Virus record (IMG/VR): IMGVR_UViG_3300021964_000019
From: an uncultured virus (IMG/VR IMGVR_UViG_3300021964_000019)
Lineage: Duplodnaviria; Heunggongvirae; Uroviricota; Caudoviricetes
DNA: 64,000 nt
Direction: 5' to 3' (one strand)
This document shows positions 38,157-47,788 of this stretch, piece after piece. A model generated the notes under the pieces. The model had not been told where the DNA came from. It was given only the letters and a program-made list of their open reading frames with translations, and did not search any database. The translations under genes were made by a program, and so were the position numbers. Position 1 is the first letter of the stretch. Each line of letters begins with the position of its first letter.

Positions 38157-40400
38157 TTAAAACCCCTCTAATTCTCCCCAGCTAGGACCGATTTCAAAAT
38201 CAACACCAATAGGACAGCCCTCAATTTCTACTCCTCTAGGAGATTGAAGTGCTTTTGTACAATTGATTGCCCATTCTTCACACAGATCTTCTCTAACTTC
38301 GGCAACAATAGAGTCGTGCACAACTGTAAAAGGAAGAATATCTTCTTGATATCCTTTATCATCAATCCACTTCATAGCATCAATTAATCCTAAAACATTA
38401 ATATCAGATGCTACAGATTGTACTAAGAAGTTAACACCAGAACGAATAGCGTGTTTAGATACTCCTTGATTTGGAGAACGAGACTCAGGAAGTCTACGCT
38501 TACGACCAAAGTATGAATAGATATAAGCATTTAATTCAATCTGTCTATTAGCTGAATCAATCCAACGCTTTAGATTATAGGCTTCGTTAAAGTATTTGTT
38601 GATAAAAGATTTAGCTTCCTGAAAACCAACACCTGCTGTTTCTGCAATTTTTGCAGGACCAGCTTGATACATAATACCAAAAGTAATAGCTTTAGCGTGT
38701 TGTCTTTTATCTCCAAAAGTGTTTTTTACTTCATTCACATCACAAGGAAGGTTAAAAATCTGTTTAGCAATATAGGAATGAAAGTCAAGCTTTTCAATAA
38801 AGGCTCGTTGTAAGAATCTATCATTACTCAGAGCTGCCGCATAATAAACCTCAGCAGTTTGAAGATCACACTGCATAATTTTAAATCCATCTCTCGCTCT
38901 AAACATTTTTTTAATATCTTTATTATCACGAGGAATATTTTGATAGTTTAGATTACCACTAGAAGATAAACGACCAGAGGTTGTTCCATGAATATTAAAT
39001 CCTGAACGTAAACGACTATCCGCATCTACTCCGTTTTGAATATTAGATAAATAAGTGTTTGTAAGTTTTGATTTTTCTCTTAAATCAAGAATAGCTTCTG
39101 CAAGAGGATGGTTTAGTTCTTGTAATACCTCTTTATCTGTAGACTCTGCACCAGTCGAAGTTTTCTTCGTAGACTTTAATCTAAGAATCTTAAAGAATAC
39201 TTCACGCAATTGAAGAGTGCTATTTGGGTTAAAAGTTTTTTCGTGTAGTTTTTCATAACGTTGTACAGCTTCGTGCATTGAAATTTCATTAATACATTCT
39301 TCAATATCTATCTCATAGTTTTCTTTAACAGATTGTAACATAGAAGTATCGATATAACCACCATTTTTCTCAAGGCGCATAAGAGCTGATGTTGCAGGTA
39401 GTAGTATTTCTTTGTATAGTTTTGTAAAACCCTCGCTACGATCTATCAAAGGCCAGAATTTATTATATAATTGAAATGTAGCATCAGCATCACGTTCTGC
39501 ATAAGGAGCAAGAATATCAATAGGAATCATACCATAGTTAAACTCATCTAGTTTAATCTTATTCTTTCGACAAAATACTTTTTTGTAATCATCTAGTTCT
39601 TTTTCATAATCACCTAGATCCGTAAATCTAAGCGCAAGAGGTTTAAGACCGTGTGTTCCTACAGCTTCTTCAAGGCAGTAATGCATAAGCATTGTGTCAT
39701 CAAAATCAGGAAACTCAAAATCAAATTCATACTCTAAAAAACCCATATCAAATTTTCCGTTATGAAAAATACATTTTCTAGTTTTGAATAACTCGTGTAT
39801 TTCAGACTTGTAAGCGTGGCAGATCTCAGAAGATACATATACGCCTTCATGGGGTTTAGTGCTTAAAGCAATACCAAGCACGTTTGAACTTCTTGGATTA
39901 AGACCAGAAGTTTCAATATCTACTACAATTGGATCTGCTTGTTTTAGTATTTCTAAGTATTCTTCAAATTGATTACGATTATCAATAAAGCGATAATCTT
40001 TTTCATGAGCAGTATTATCAACTTCGCCAACTAAGATTTTGCCCAACATATTAAATGCTTTAATAATGTCTTCTTCGTATTGTGGTTTGAACACAATCAT
40101 AGAGGGATTAATTAACGGAAGAAATTTCTTTTCAATAAACATACCGTTATATTTTGTAATACCTGTAAGACCACAAACATATTTAAGAGCTTCTGCACCA
40201 ATTGGAACAATAATCTCATAAGTGTTTTTTAGATTATCAATATCGCAATCAATATCTTTTTTCAAGATTTTTTCTTTTTCTTGAGAACATAGGAATACAT
40301 AGTCAGCCTCATCACTGATATGCTTATCCATAAATTTAGCAAGTGTTTTGTCTGGGTTGTTTATCTTAGCTGGATAAACAAATGCAATTTTTTTACTCAT
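38157..40400 (-). CDS. polA: Family A DNA polymerase with N-terminal UDG-like domain and 3'-5' exonuclease
   Basis: DIETSG, HNGKFD, YAERDAD; SGRLSS, DLQTAEV, RQHAKAITFGIMY, VHDS. Confidence 0.95.
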   Translation of the reverse strand: MSKKIAFVYPAKINNPDKTLAKFMDKHISDEADYVFLCSQEKEKILKKDIDCDIDNLKNTYEIIVPIGAEALKYVCGLTGITKYNGMFIEKKFLPLINPSMIVFKPQYEEDIIKAFNMLGKILVGEVDNTAHEKDYRFIDNRNQFEEYLEILKQADPIVVDIETSGLNPRSSNVLGIALSTKPHEGVYVSSEICHAYKSEIHELFKTRKCIFHNGKFDMGFLEYEFDFEFPDFDDTMLMHYCLEEAVGTHGLKPLALRFTDLGDYEKELDDYKKVFCRKNKIKLDEFNYGMIPIDILAPYAERDADATFQLYNKFWPLIDRSEGFTKLYKEILLPATSALMRLEKNGGYIDTSMLQSVKENYEIDIEECINEISMHEAVQRYEKLHEKTFNPNSTLQLREVFFKILRLKSTKKTSTGAESTDKEVLQELNHPLAEAILDLREKSKLTNTYLSNIQNGVDADSRLRSGFNIHGTTSGRLSSSGNLNYQNIPRDNKDIKKMFRARDGFKIMQCDLQTAEVYYAAALSNDRFLQRAFIEKLDFHSYIAKQIFNLPCDVNEVKNTFGDKRQHAKAITFGIMYQAGPAKIAETAGVGFQEAKSFINKYFNEAYNLKRWIDSANRQIELNAYIYSYFGRKRRLPESRSPNQGVSKHAIRSGVNFLVQSVASDINVLGLIDAMKWIDDKGYQEDILPFTVVHDSIVAEVREDLCEEWAINCTKALQSPRGVEIEGCPIGVDFEIGPSWGELEGF

Positions 40401-40429
40401 AACTTTTCCTCATTCTTAATTCATACATA

Positions 40430-40458
40430 ATTATATCAACATTTTATCCATTAGACAA
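40430..40458 (-). promoter_or_regulatory. Sigma70-type promoter for pol
   Basis: TTGTCT-N17-TATAAT with extended TG. Confidence 0.65.
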
Positions 40459-41307
40459 TAGAGATTTTATTTCATCTGGTACTAATAATCCAGGATCTTT
40501 ACCTAGTGGAACCTTTATAATACTAGACGAAATATTATTCTTAGTTAATAAATTTCTTATTTTTCCTGCAGCACTTTGTCCGGCAGCATCACCATCAAAC
40601 ATGATTTGAACATTTCTAATACCTACATCATCAAATAGTTTTATCTTTTGATCACCAAAGTTTTGTGTTCCGAAAACACATAAAACGTTTCTGACTCCGT
40701 GTTGCCATAGGTTTAACATATCAAATATACCTTCAACTATTATAACTTTAGATTTGTCTTCAAGCTTATCTAAAGGAAATGCAATATTTGTTACATTTAC
40801 ACCATTAGGCTTACGATTATATTTTGGTTTGTTTTTTGAATTAAATCTATATCTTCCCTCAATAAACTTTAATTTACCAAATTGATAAACAGGAATACAA
40901 AGATAGTCTTCAAAACCCATCTCTGTTGTAGTAAAACAACCAAATTCTTTTAACGTTTTCTCATTAATACCTTTGTAACTCTGATTCCAAAGTCTAAATT
41001 CTGTAGGCATATTACATTCATTGGCTTCCATTAGTTTTGTGATTTTATTTTTTAACTTTTGTATCTTAAAAGATTGTTTTGTTTCAAAAGTAATATTACT
41101 AGAAACACCAATACTTTCAAGAAATTTGCGTTTACTGCCTTTAAATCCACAACTCCAACAATGAAACATATCTTTTTCAAGATTGTAACTAAGACTTGGA
41201 TCTTTATCTACGTGCTCACCAGATGTACAAGTGATAAGAATCTCACTTGGGTTGTTTGATTTTTTATAATATATACCTTTATCAGTTAATAAATCAGTTA
41301 AGTCCAT
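40444..41307 (-). CDS. DNA primase (zinc finger + TOPRIM)
   Basis: C....H.D..PS...FHCWSCG; IVEGIFD; MFDGDAAG; KDPG. Confidence 0.92.
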   Translation of the reverse strand: MDLTDLLTDKGIYYKKSNNPSEILITCTSGEHVDKDPSLSYNLEKDMFHCWSCGFKGSKRKFLESIGVSSNITFETKQSFKIQKLKNKITKLMEANECNMPTEFRLWNQSYKGINEKTLKEFGCFTTTEMGFEDYLCIPVYQFGKLKFIEGRYRFNSKNKPKYNRKPNGVNVTNIAFPLDKLEDKSKVIIVEGIFDMLNLWQHGVRNVLCVFGTQNFGDQKIKLFDDVGIRNVQIMFDGDAAGQSAAGKIRNLLTKNNISSSIIKVPLGKDPGLLVPDEIKSLLSNG

Positions 41308-41429
41308 TATCCAAAACACCTTGCCAAAAATTCTGATAGATATTGCATACGCACAATAAAAGGTAGTGCTGCTACTGTAATTAAAAATATAATACACCAT
41401 ATAATCCAAAGTACGGTATCAGAAGTCAA
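41307..41429 (-). CDS. Putative 40 aa single-TM peptide (TTG start, not in ORF track)
   Basis: MTSDTVLWIIWCIIFLITVAALPFIVRMQYLSEFLARCFG; stop overlaps primase ATG (TAATG). Confidence 0.4.
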   Translation of the reverse strand: MTSDTVLWIIWCIIFLITVAALPFIVRMQYLSEFLARCFG

Positions 41430-41598
41430 TGTCTATTCCATTCATTGTATAGGTTTTACCATTAAAACCTTTATCCATTTTTTCAACCTCAGTCATGTTT
41501 TCACTATCAACACGTTTATATGGATTCTTTTTCATTTGTTCCATACGTCTTTCATGTATTTTTTTATCTTTTCGTTTTTGTAGCCACTTTTTTATCAT
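41419..41598 (-). CDS. 59 aa hypothetical protein (not in ORF track)
   Basis: MIKKWLQKRKDKK...YTMNGIDIDF; ATGA overlap with helicase stop. Confidence 0.55.
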   Translation of the reverse strand: MIKKWLQKRKDKKIHERRMEQMKKNPYKRVDSENMTEVEKMDKGFNGKTYTMNGIDIDF

Positions 41599-42995
41599 AG
41601 ATCACGCTCAATTTCTCTTGTGCGTTTTGGTTGCTTATCTTCTTCACTACCATACTTTGCAGATGCAAAAGGTTTTTCATTGATTAAGTTTGAATCACTT
41701 GCTACAACTTTAGTACATTCCCAGTTCATGCCGATATCAAAATTCATTGTTCTACCATTACGAATTTTTGTAGTATGAACAGCTACTCGATTAGGATCAT
41801 TATTTTCATCGGGCGGAAAGAAGTTAAAACTACGATCAGCAGAATCTAGAATACCCTTTGCAAAACGAGCCTCACCACCAGCATCAATCTGATAAGGTGA
41901 GAACATTGTTAAATCATATTTACGGCTCATTAGTTTTAAGTTTTCTGCAATAGTAATTTGACTTTTCCAATCTTTTTGATCTTCGTGTCGAATGATATTA
42001 ATATAGTCTACACAAGCCATAGTGTATCTTGGATATTTAGCTTGAAACATATTACAATAATGATCAATACGATTAAGAGTTAGTCCAGCGTCATCAATAA
42101 TAAAGAAACGATTTTCTTTATACTCAGGCTTATCAAACTTCATCTTTTGTTCAAATGCTTTGAAATCTTTTGTCTTTTCTAAGTCATTATAGTAATCAAC
42201 TGCTTTTTGATCCGTATTATCAAAGAAATAATCTAACTTTGCTTTTGCTAGTTTTAACTTTTGTTCTTCACTTAGTTTATTTTTATAGATATCAAGAAAC
42301 GGAACTTCACTAATAATGCTGAGAAGCCTATCATGTACTTCTTTGTAACGCATTTCGATACTAAAAAACGCAACAGTTGATCCTTGTAAAAATCTATTGA
42401 TAGAACAGTTTAGTGATATAATAGATTTACCTGATCCACGTCTGCCTCCAAGAAGAACAAGTTCTTGTGATCCGAAACCGCCATTAATTGCATCATACTC
42501 AGCACTTAACCCAGACGGATATAGTTTAAAATCATCAGCGCTTGGAAAGAAATCAAGATCAGCTACATCAAATAACTCATCTGATGTAGGCAAGGCACTA
42601 TTAAGTTTTAAAAGATGATTTTGTATTTTATCTACTATTTCAATTTTTTCTAAATCTTCTAGCTGATCAATATAACCATCCAAGAAAGAGATTGTTTCTT
42701 CTCTTACAAAATGATCTTGAAGTTGTGCAATAATAAAATCATTATCAATATCTCTATACTTTTCAGATGCAACAATTTGTGTCTCAAAATATTCTTGAGA
42801 GTTAACATCTTTATTGATAAGGTAAAATTCTTCTTCTGAAGGTATTTTAAGATTTGCTTTATAGTAAGACTCTATTTTGTTATAAATAGAAGAGTTAGCC
42901 CCTGAGAAAAAGTAGGGGCTAAGCTTTGTAAAGAAATCGTGATTCTGTTCTGACAATAATCGTTTTATTGTCAGTTTTTGAAGATCAATATTCAT
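41595..42995 (-). CDS. dnaB: Replicative DnaB-like helicase (T5 D6-like)
   Basis: GRRGSGKS, FSIEM, VDYIN, SPYQ, ARFAKGILDSAD, KIRNG. Confidence 0.9.
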   Translation of the reverse strand: MNIDLQKLTIKRLLSEQNHDFFTKLSPYFFSGANSSIYNKIESYYKANLKIPSEEEFYLINKDVNSQEYFETQIVASEKYRDIDNDFIIAQLQDHFVREETISFLDGYIDQLEDLEKIEIVDKIQNHLLKLNSALPTSDELFDVADLDFFPSADDFKLYPSGLSAEYDAINGGFGSQELVLLGGRRGSGKSIISLNCSINRFLQGSTVAFFSIEMRYKEVHDRLLSIISEVPFLDIYKNKLSEEQKLKLAKAKLDYFFDNTDQKAVDYYNDLEKTKDFKAFEQKMKFDKPEYKENRFFIIDDAGLTLNRIDHYCNMFQAKYPRYTMACVDYINIIRHEDQKDWKSQITIAENLKLMSRKYDLTMFSPYQIDAGGEARFAKGILDSADRSFNFFPPDENNDPNRVAVHTTKIRNGRTMNFDIGMNWECTKVVASDSNLINEKPFASAKYGSEEDKQPKRTREIERDL

Positions 42996-42998
42996 CTA

Positions 42999-43778
42999 TT
43001 ATCTACTCGCTATCGGATAAAATTTATCTCTAGTTCCAGAAAAGTATCCTGCTCTATCGCCTTCCATATAGCTTAGATACCACTCTCTACCAGTTTCTTC
43101 AATATAGGTTTCTGCTTTTTTAATCGCACGAATAATAGCATCTTCTTTCCAAGATTTACCATTATCATATTCCCAGTAAATTTCATAATGGACACCTATT
43201 TGTCCTTCATACGAATCACCAAACTTTTTTCTAGCATATTTTAAACCATGTAATTCAATATATTTTCTACGAATAGGAGATCTATGATAATCAATCCACT
43301 CTTCGTCATATACTTCAGCAATTTTTGCAAAAGTATTTTTAGAAGGAATAAATACTCTATCTCCAGCTTTAAAAATTACATCTAAGTCTTGTACAACGTG
43401 ATCTACTTGTGCAGCTTTATTTTTTCCTCTTGCTCTGATAGGAACATTGTTTTCTATCAGAATCTTTTTTACTCGCTGAGGACTGATATACATTCGTTTT
43501 GCAATATTAGTCTGATTATCTCCATCAAGATAGTCAGTTACAATGCTTTTAATTTCAGATTCAGAAAGAACCTTAGCTCTTGCTTTCTTTTTAAGTTCTT
43601 TTTGTCTTTCTTCTTTATCTCTAAATTCTTGAATAATAGCATCAAGTCTTTTTGTATTATAAGCAATACCAAGATGCTCACAACAAGCCTTTTTAGTCTT
43701 GTTGGCTTTTATCATCCAAATAACTTGTCTGATTTTTGATTCAGGAATTTCGTTTGTATTGACTTTTGCTCTTGCCAT
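42999..43778 (-). CDS. HTH-containing DNA-binding protein of T5-like phages
   Basis: TKKACCEHLGIAYNTKRL; second HTH QTNIAKRMYISPQRVKKIL. Confidence 0.65.
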   Translation of the reverse strand: MARAKVNTNEIPESKIRQVIWMIKANKTKKACCEHLGIAYNTKRLDAIIQEFRDKEERQKELKKKARAKVLSESEIKSIVTDYLDGDNQTNIAKRMYISPQRVKKILIENNVPIRARGKNKAAQVDHVVQDLDVIFKAGDRVFIPSKNTFAKIAEVYDEEWIDYHRSPIRRKYIELHGLKYARKKFGDSYEGQIGVHYEIYWEYDNGKSWKEDAIIRAIKKAETYIEETGREWYLSYMEGDRAGYFSGTRDKFYPIASR

Positions 43779-43784
43779 TTAAAA

Positions 43785-43829
43785 ACCCTCCATTTTGTAT
43801 ATTATAACAAAACGGAGGGTAGTTGTCAA
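43785..43829 (-). promoter_or_regulatory. Consensus sigma70 promoter inside an inverted repeat
   Basis: TTGACA-N17-TATAAT; arms 43785-43798 and 43807-43820 (13/14 match). Confidence 0.85.
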
Positions 43830-43842
43830 ATACAATGTACAT

Positions 43843-44697
43843 TTATTTTGCATTATTGAGTAGCTGAACAATCGCCTCTTTACTCATTTTTTCTGATTGA
43901 GCTCTAGTTAAGCCTAGTTTTTTCTTAGCTAACTCAATAGCTTTTAGTTTAGTTAGGTTTTCAGCATCAAATATTTGTTGTCTATTAAATATTCTATCAA
44001 CTGATAACACTAGTAGAATTAGTGCTAAAGGATCAAAACAAAATATAATTATAAAAATAACAATAGTAACTGCATTTTGTAAATTATCTGTTTCTCCTAA
44101 TAAGTTAGCCACATATTTAAGTGGGCCAAGCTCTGCTTCTATTTCACTAATTGATAGTTTTTCTTCAAGTTTTTGTTGTTCTAGATCAGCTATATTATTT
44201 AGTTCTGATTGTATTTGTGATTGTATATTTGAAATATCTTCTTGGGTTTTGTCTAAGCCTTTAGATACTGCACCAAGTTCAATATATTTAGTTAGTGCTT
44301 CATTTAGTGTATTAAGTCTAACATTTAATCCAGTTACTTTATCTTTAGCAAACTGAATCTGTGTATCAAGTACTGCGACTTTTTGCTCTACTATGATAAT
44401 AGGCATTTCTTGGGCACTATGTCCTTTTGATAGTAGTCCAAAAATACCTAAACTAGTTACTACCATCAGAAGACCTACTATTGGAACTAGAATTGTTTTT
44501 GATATAACAGATAGGTCTCTCCAATGATGATGGGTCCATACAGCTGCTACAACTTTTCCTAGTTCTAACACGCCTCCCATAATAGCAACAGGCAAAAATG
44601 CTGCCGCAAATATTTGTGTTAGTCCGATAACACTAAACCAAGCAGCTACTCCTGATATAGCAATAGCTGTTAGAAACGTTATCCAAACTAGTATCAT
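43843..44697 (-). CDS. Multi-TM coiled-coil membrane protein
   Basis: Three N-terminal TM helices, coiled coil, ELGPLKYVA, TM ending FDPLA. Confidence 0.75.
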   Translation of the reverse strand: MILVWITFLTAIAISGVAAWFSVIGLTQIFAAAFLPVAIMGGVLELGKVVAAVWTHHHWRDLSVISKTILVPIVGLLMVVTSLGIFGLLSKGHSAQEMPIIIVEQKVAVLDTQIQFAKDKVTGLNVRLNTLNEALTKYIELGAVSKGLDKTQEDISNIQSQIQSELNNIADLEQQKLEEKLSISEIEAELGPLKYVANLLGETDNLQNAVTIVIFIIIFCFDPLALILLVLSVDRIFNRQQIFDAENLTKLKAIELAKKKLGLTRAQSEKMSKEAIVQLLNNAK

Positions 44698-44705
44698 CGC
44701 GCCTC

Positions 44706-45776
44706 CTAAACTGTTTTAGTGATAATTGCTTCACCCGCAAACTCTTCTTCAGCTTTAATAAAATCATAGAATCTTTGTACAGCTACTTCTTTGAATTTTG
44801 CTTCAATATCAAAGTCAGCATACTCCAACATAGGCACATGATTAGCCATAAGATGTTCGTCCCAATATGTTTCTGAATGAGCATTAGGCTTCATCCAGTA
44901 ATCGATATTGTCGGGGTGAAATGATTGTGATTTGTGGAACAACGGGCGTACTCCTCTCCAGCTTTTGACAGCTTCCAAGAAGTAGTCACTTGTGTGGGTG
45001 ATGTGATCCACGTCTCGCACTTTCCGATTGACCGTTTTTTCGTCAATCTTAACTCTCTCTGTCTCAACCATTCTATGGCAGGCATAGTGGTGTGTGTCGA
45101 GGGTACACCTGATAGGGATCCGTTGCGCAAGTTCAAGTGTGTGCTGGATATCATATCCATTGGGTTTATCTTCGTTCTCGACTGCAAGACACTTTTGGGC
45201 GTAGTCGGAAAGATATGGGAAGTGGGTGGCAAACCGTTTAATACCATCTTCGTGTTTTCCTCCATATAGTCCTTGTAAGTGAATATTCATTGTAAAATCT
45301 TCAGCAGGTAATCCCATCAAAGATCCATACAGTGCATGATATTCTAAATCTTCAATTGATTTTTCAACTACATCTGGCTTATTAGAAGCCAGAACAGTAT
45401 ATTGCCCAGGATGGACACTAAGACGTACTTCATTTTTACTTGCACTACTTCCTGCTCTAGAAAGTATTTCTGAAATTTCGTCCCAAATTTCTTTATACCA
45501 TTCACGGGTGAAATCAAGAGTGTAGCAAGGAAACAACTCAGACGAGATACGAAAACTCCGTAGATGAATTGGCTGAGTTGGAAAGTATGTTTCCAAAATA
45601 TCTTCCAACTTGCGACAGTTTTCGAGAGCCTTTGCTTGAACTCTTTCTTTACCCCCTTCTTTGAGGGCGTATGTTTTTGTTGTTGTTCCAAAATTATACC
45701 TTTTTGCTTTTTGTTTATCATGAAACTGGCAGCATTGAGATATTCGCCAGTTAGTTTCTGTTTTGTTAAAGTACAT
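44706..45776 (-). CDS. uvsE: UV damage repair endonuclease
   Basis: FRISSELFP, RLSVHPGQYTVLAS, NIH, LAVENED, LDTHHY, AHSE, DIEAKFKE. Confidence 0.9.
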   Translation of the reverse strand: MYFNKTETNWRISQCCQFHDKQKAKRYNFGTTTKTYALKEGGKERVQAKALENCRKLEDILETYFPTQPIHLRSFRISSELFPCYTLDFTREWYKEIWDEISEILSRAGSSASKNEVRLSVHPGQYTVLASNKPDVVEKSIEDLEYHALYGSLMGLPAEDFTMNIHLQGLYGGKHEDGIKRFATHFPYLSDYAQKCLAVENEDKPNGYDIQHTLELAQRIPIRCTLDTHHYACHRMVETERVKIDEKTVNRKVRDVDHITHTSDYFLEAVKSWRGVRPLFHKSQSFHPDNIDYWMKPNAHSETYWDEHLMANHVPMLEYADFDIEAKFKEVAVQRFYDFIKAEEEFAGEAIITKTV

Positions 45777-45781
45777 AAAAA

Positions 45782-45832
45782 ACTCCTGATTAGTTGTATT
45801 TATATAATACGCTAATCAGGAGTCTCTGTCAA
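45782..45832 (-). promoter_or_regulatory. Sigma70 promoter inside an inverted repeat
   Basis: TTGACA-N17-TATTAT; perfect 12 bp arms ACTCCTGATTAG / CTAATCAGGAGT. Confidence 0.82.
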
Positions 45833-45845
45833 TGTTAATTTTACA

Positions 45846-46799
45846 TTAGTTAGGGGCTATTACTCCATGAATTAATAATACAATAGCAACACTAGCTGCT
45901 AACCCTATCATCATTTTCATAAAGTCTTTTCCAACTAGTGGGAAAACACTGCGAGTTTTTTTCTTGCCTGTGAATGTTGCAATAGCAAGTTCACGACCTG
46001 CAAGTAATCCAACAAACACCCAAGTTGTTGACATTGGAATATCATTTAGTTCTTTAAAGAACCACAAAATTAACCAGTAAAAAAGATCAATTAACGTAGC
46101 ACTACGAACATAACGAGTGTTGTGTTTTTCTAATACAATTTTTTGTATTTTACCACCGTTTTCACGAAACATAAAATACAAACCTGCAACAAATACAACG
46201 CTAACCATTACCATTAGGTCAAATGTTAATGTACGAGGTAAAAATACCGCAATATTAGCAATATCGTGACTTAACCAAGTCCACCAAAGCAATCCTGTAG
46301 TTATCCACTGGGCTACTCGCCAAAAAGTTTTATGCTTTTCTTTGACTGGTATTCCTTCATTTAACCAACGGCTGACAAAATACCAAATACTGTATGCAGC
46401 AATAGCAGCAATACCATATCCCATAATTGATTTCATTAACATTTTTTCTAGTACAAATGTACTTGCAAAAGCACTCAATACTAAAAACGATGTTGAAACT
46501 GGAACTCCAAAACGAGTTAATACTAGTAGAATTCCAGGTGCTAAAGCATGATACCATTGCACTTCTTGAAACGGTATTTTATTTAACCGTCCATAAGAAA
46601 TGTCTCCCCCATAAGCATACCAACCGTACCATAACGCCCATATTAAAACTGCTGAGGCAGCAATCCACATTGTTTTATAACTAAATCTCTCATTGTTTGA
46701 TGCGATCCATGTACCGAGAGTTTGTACTGAATCATTTGCTATAACGGAATAGGCAGCGAATAAAAATCCAACTACCATCCATAAGGTAAGTGCTTCCAT
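45846..46799 (-). CDS. PiT/PHO4-like anion (phosphate?) transporter
   Basis: About 10 TM helices; internal repeat ANDSVQTLGT / HDIAN and PVSTS / PMSTT. Confidence 0.6.
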   Translation of the reverse strand: MEALTLWMVVGFLFAAYSVIANDSVQTLGTWIASNNERFSYKTMWIAASAVLIWALWYGWYAYGGDISYGRLNKIPFQEVQWYHALAPGILLVLTRFGVPVSTSFLVLSAFASTFVLEKMLMKSIMGYGIAAIAAYSIWYFVSRWLNEGIPVKEKHKTFWRVAQWITTGLLWWTWLSHDIANIAVFLPRTLTFDLMVMVSVVFVAGLYFMFRENGGKIQKIVLEKHNTRYVRSATLIDLFYWLILWFFKELNDIPMSTTWVFVGLLAGRELAIATFTGKKKTRSVFPLVGKDFMKMMIGLAASVAIVLLIHGVIAPN

Positions 46800-46856
46800 T
46801 GCATTTTCCTTTCTGTTTGACGGTTTTACCCCGTCGCTTACAGTCTCTAGGTTAGG

Positions 46857-47432
46857 TTAAACTAGGGCAAAGTTCATACTAATGCTTACTCTTGTCTCGT
46901 CAGACTGATTAGGAGTAACATAGTGATCTAAATGACTTGGAAATATAATTAGTGTTCCCTCTTCTTGAGGAGGTTCATACAGTCTTTCTGGTGGATTCTC
47001 GAAAAAATTTTTCCAACCAGCCGCTGTATAGTAATCTTGTGAATTAGAAAAGATAAATTTTGAACTATTTGGAGGATTATTCATAAAGTATGCACAACTA
47101 AATTGTTCATTAAAAATTCCTAAATGATTATGTTGTTCTTGAAAAGCTCCTTTTTTATATCTACACATCCACGGAGCTGCTCTTATTTCAAAAGCTTTCT
47201 TTGGCTCAAACCACTTTATATACTCTTTCATTTGTTCAATAAAAAAAGGAACTACCCTTGACCAAGGTAGTTCCGGATTTTTTTCACTCATAGTTGTTTG
47301 TACATCACAATTCCATTCTGTCTCTATAAACAAATCATCTCTTAGTGCAAAAGGCATTAAGAGTTCTTTTATTTGTTTGTGTTGAGGCAGTTTTATGATA
47401 TAGATATCATCACTATATAAAGTATGTATCAT
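46857..47432 (-). CDS. Putative 2OG-Fe(II) oxygenase (TIGR02466-like)
   Basis: QEQHNH, FSCAYF, EGTLIIFPSHLDHYV, RVSISMN. Confidence 0.8.
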   Translation of the reverse strand: MIHTLYSDDIYIIKLPQHKQIKELLMPFALRDDLFIETEWNCDVQTTMSEKNPELPWSRVVPFFIEQMKEYIKWFEPKKAFEIRAAPWMCRYKKGAFQEQHNHLGIFNEQFSCAYFMNNPPNSSKFIFSNSQDYYTAAGWKNFFENPPERLYEPPQEEGTLIIFPSHLDHYVTPNQSDETRVSISMNFALV

Positions 47433-47728
47433 TAGTGTACTATTAAATCATCCTCTGTATAATATATGTCATTAACCATATTTCTTACTATTCCACCATC
47501 TGAATATACCATTGTAAAGTTCTTTTTTAAAAACTCATTATTTCGATACAGTTTTTCCATCAAAACACTAGCCTCTAATGCCTTAATAGTACGTTCCAAC
47601 ATCTCTTTGTCGTCTAAGGTTATTGAAAACTGTTTTAAAGCAACTTCTTTAAGATAGAGATAGCGTTGTTGAGGAGAGAGTGAGATTATATAATCTAATG
47701 CAGGTTCAGGTAGTTGGTACAGTTTCAT
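47432..47728 (-). CDS. Hypothetical protein
   Basis: 98 aa ORF, TAATG coupling. Confidence 0.6.
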   Translation of the reverse strand: MKLYQLPEPALDYIISLSPQQRYLYLKEVALKQFSITLDDKEMLERTIKALEASVLMEKLYRNNEFLKKNFTMVYSDGGIVRNMVNDIYYTEDDLIVH

Positions 47729-47737
47729 TGCACAAGT

Positions 47738-47762
47738 AGGCAGAGACTAAAAGCCTCTGCCT
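47738..47762. terminator. Terminator-like hairpin downstream of D5
   Basis: AGGCAGAG-loop-CTCTGCCT; T run on the + strand, weak on the - strand. Confidence 0.5.
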
Positions 47763-47788
47763 TGCTTTTTACATTTGAAAGGTTAAAA

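Noticed and set aside
28734..42995. Inteins, introns or homing endonucleases in nrdA, polA or the helicase
   Set aside because: Lengths are ordinary and motifs contiguous; no LAGLIDADG, HNH or splice-junction signatures seen
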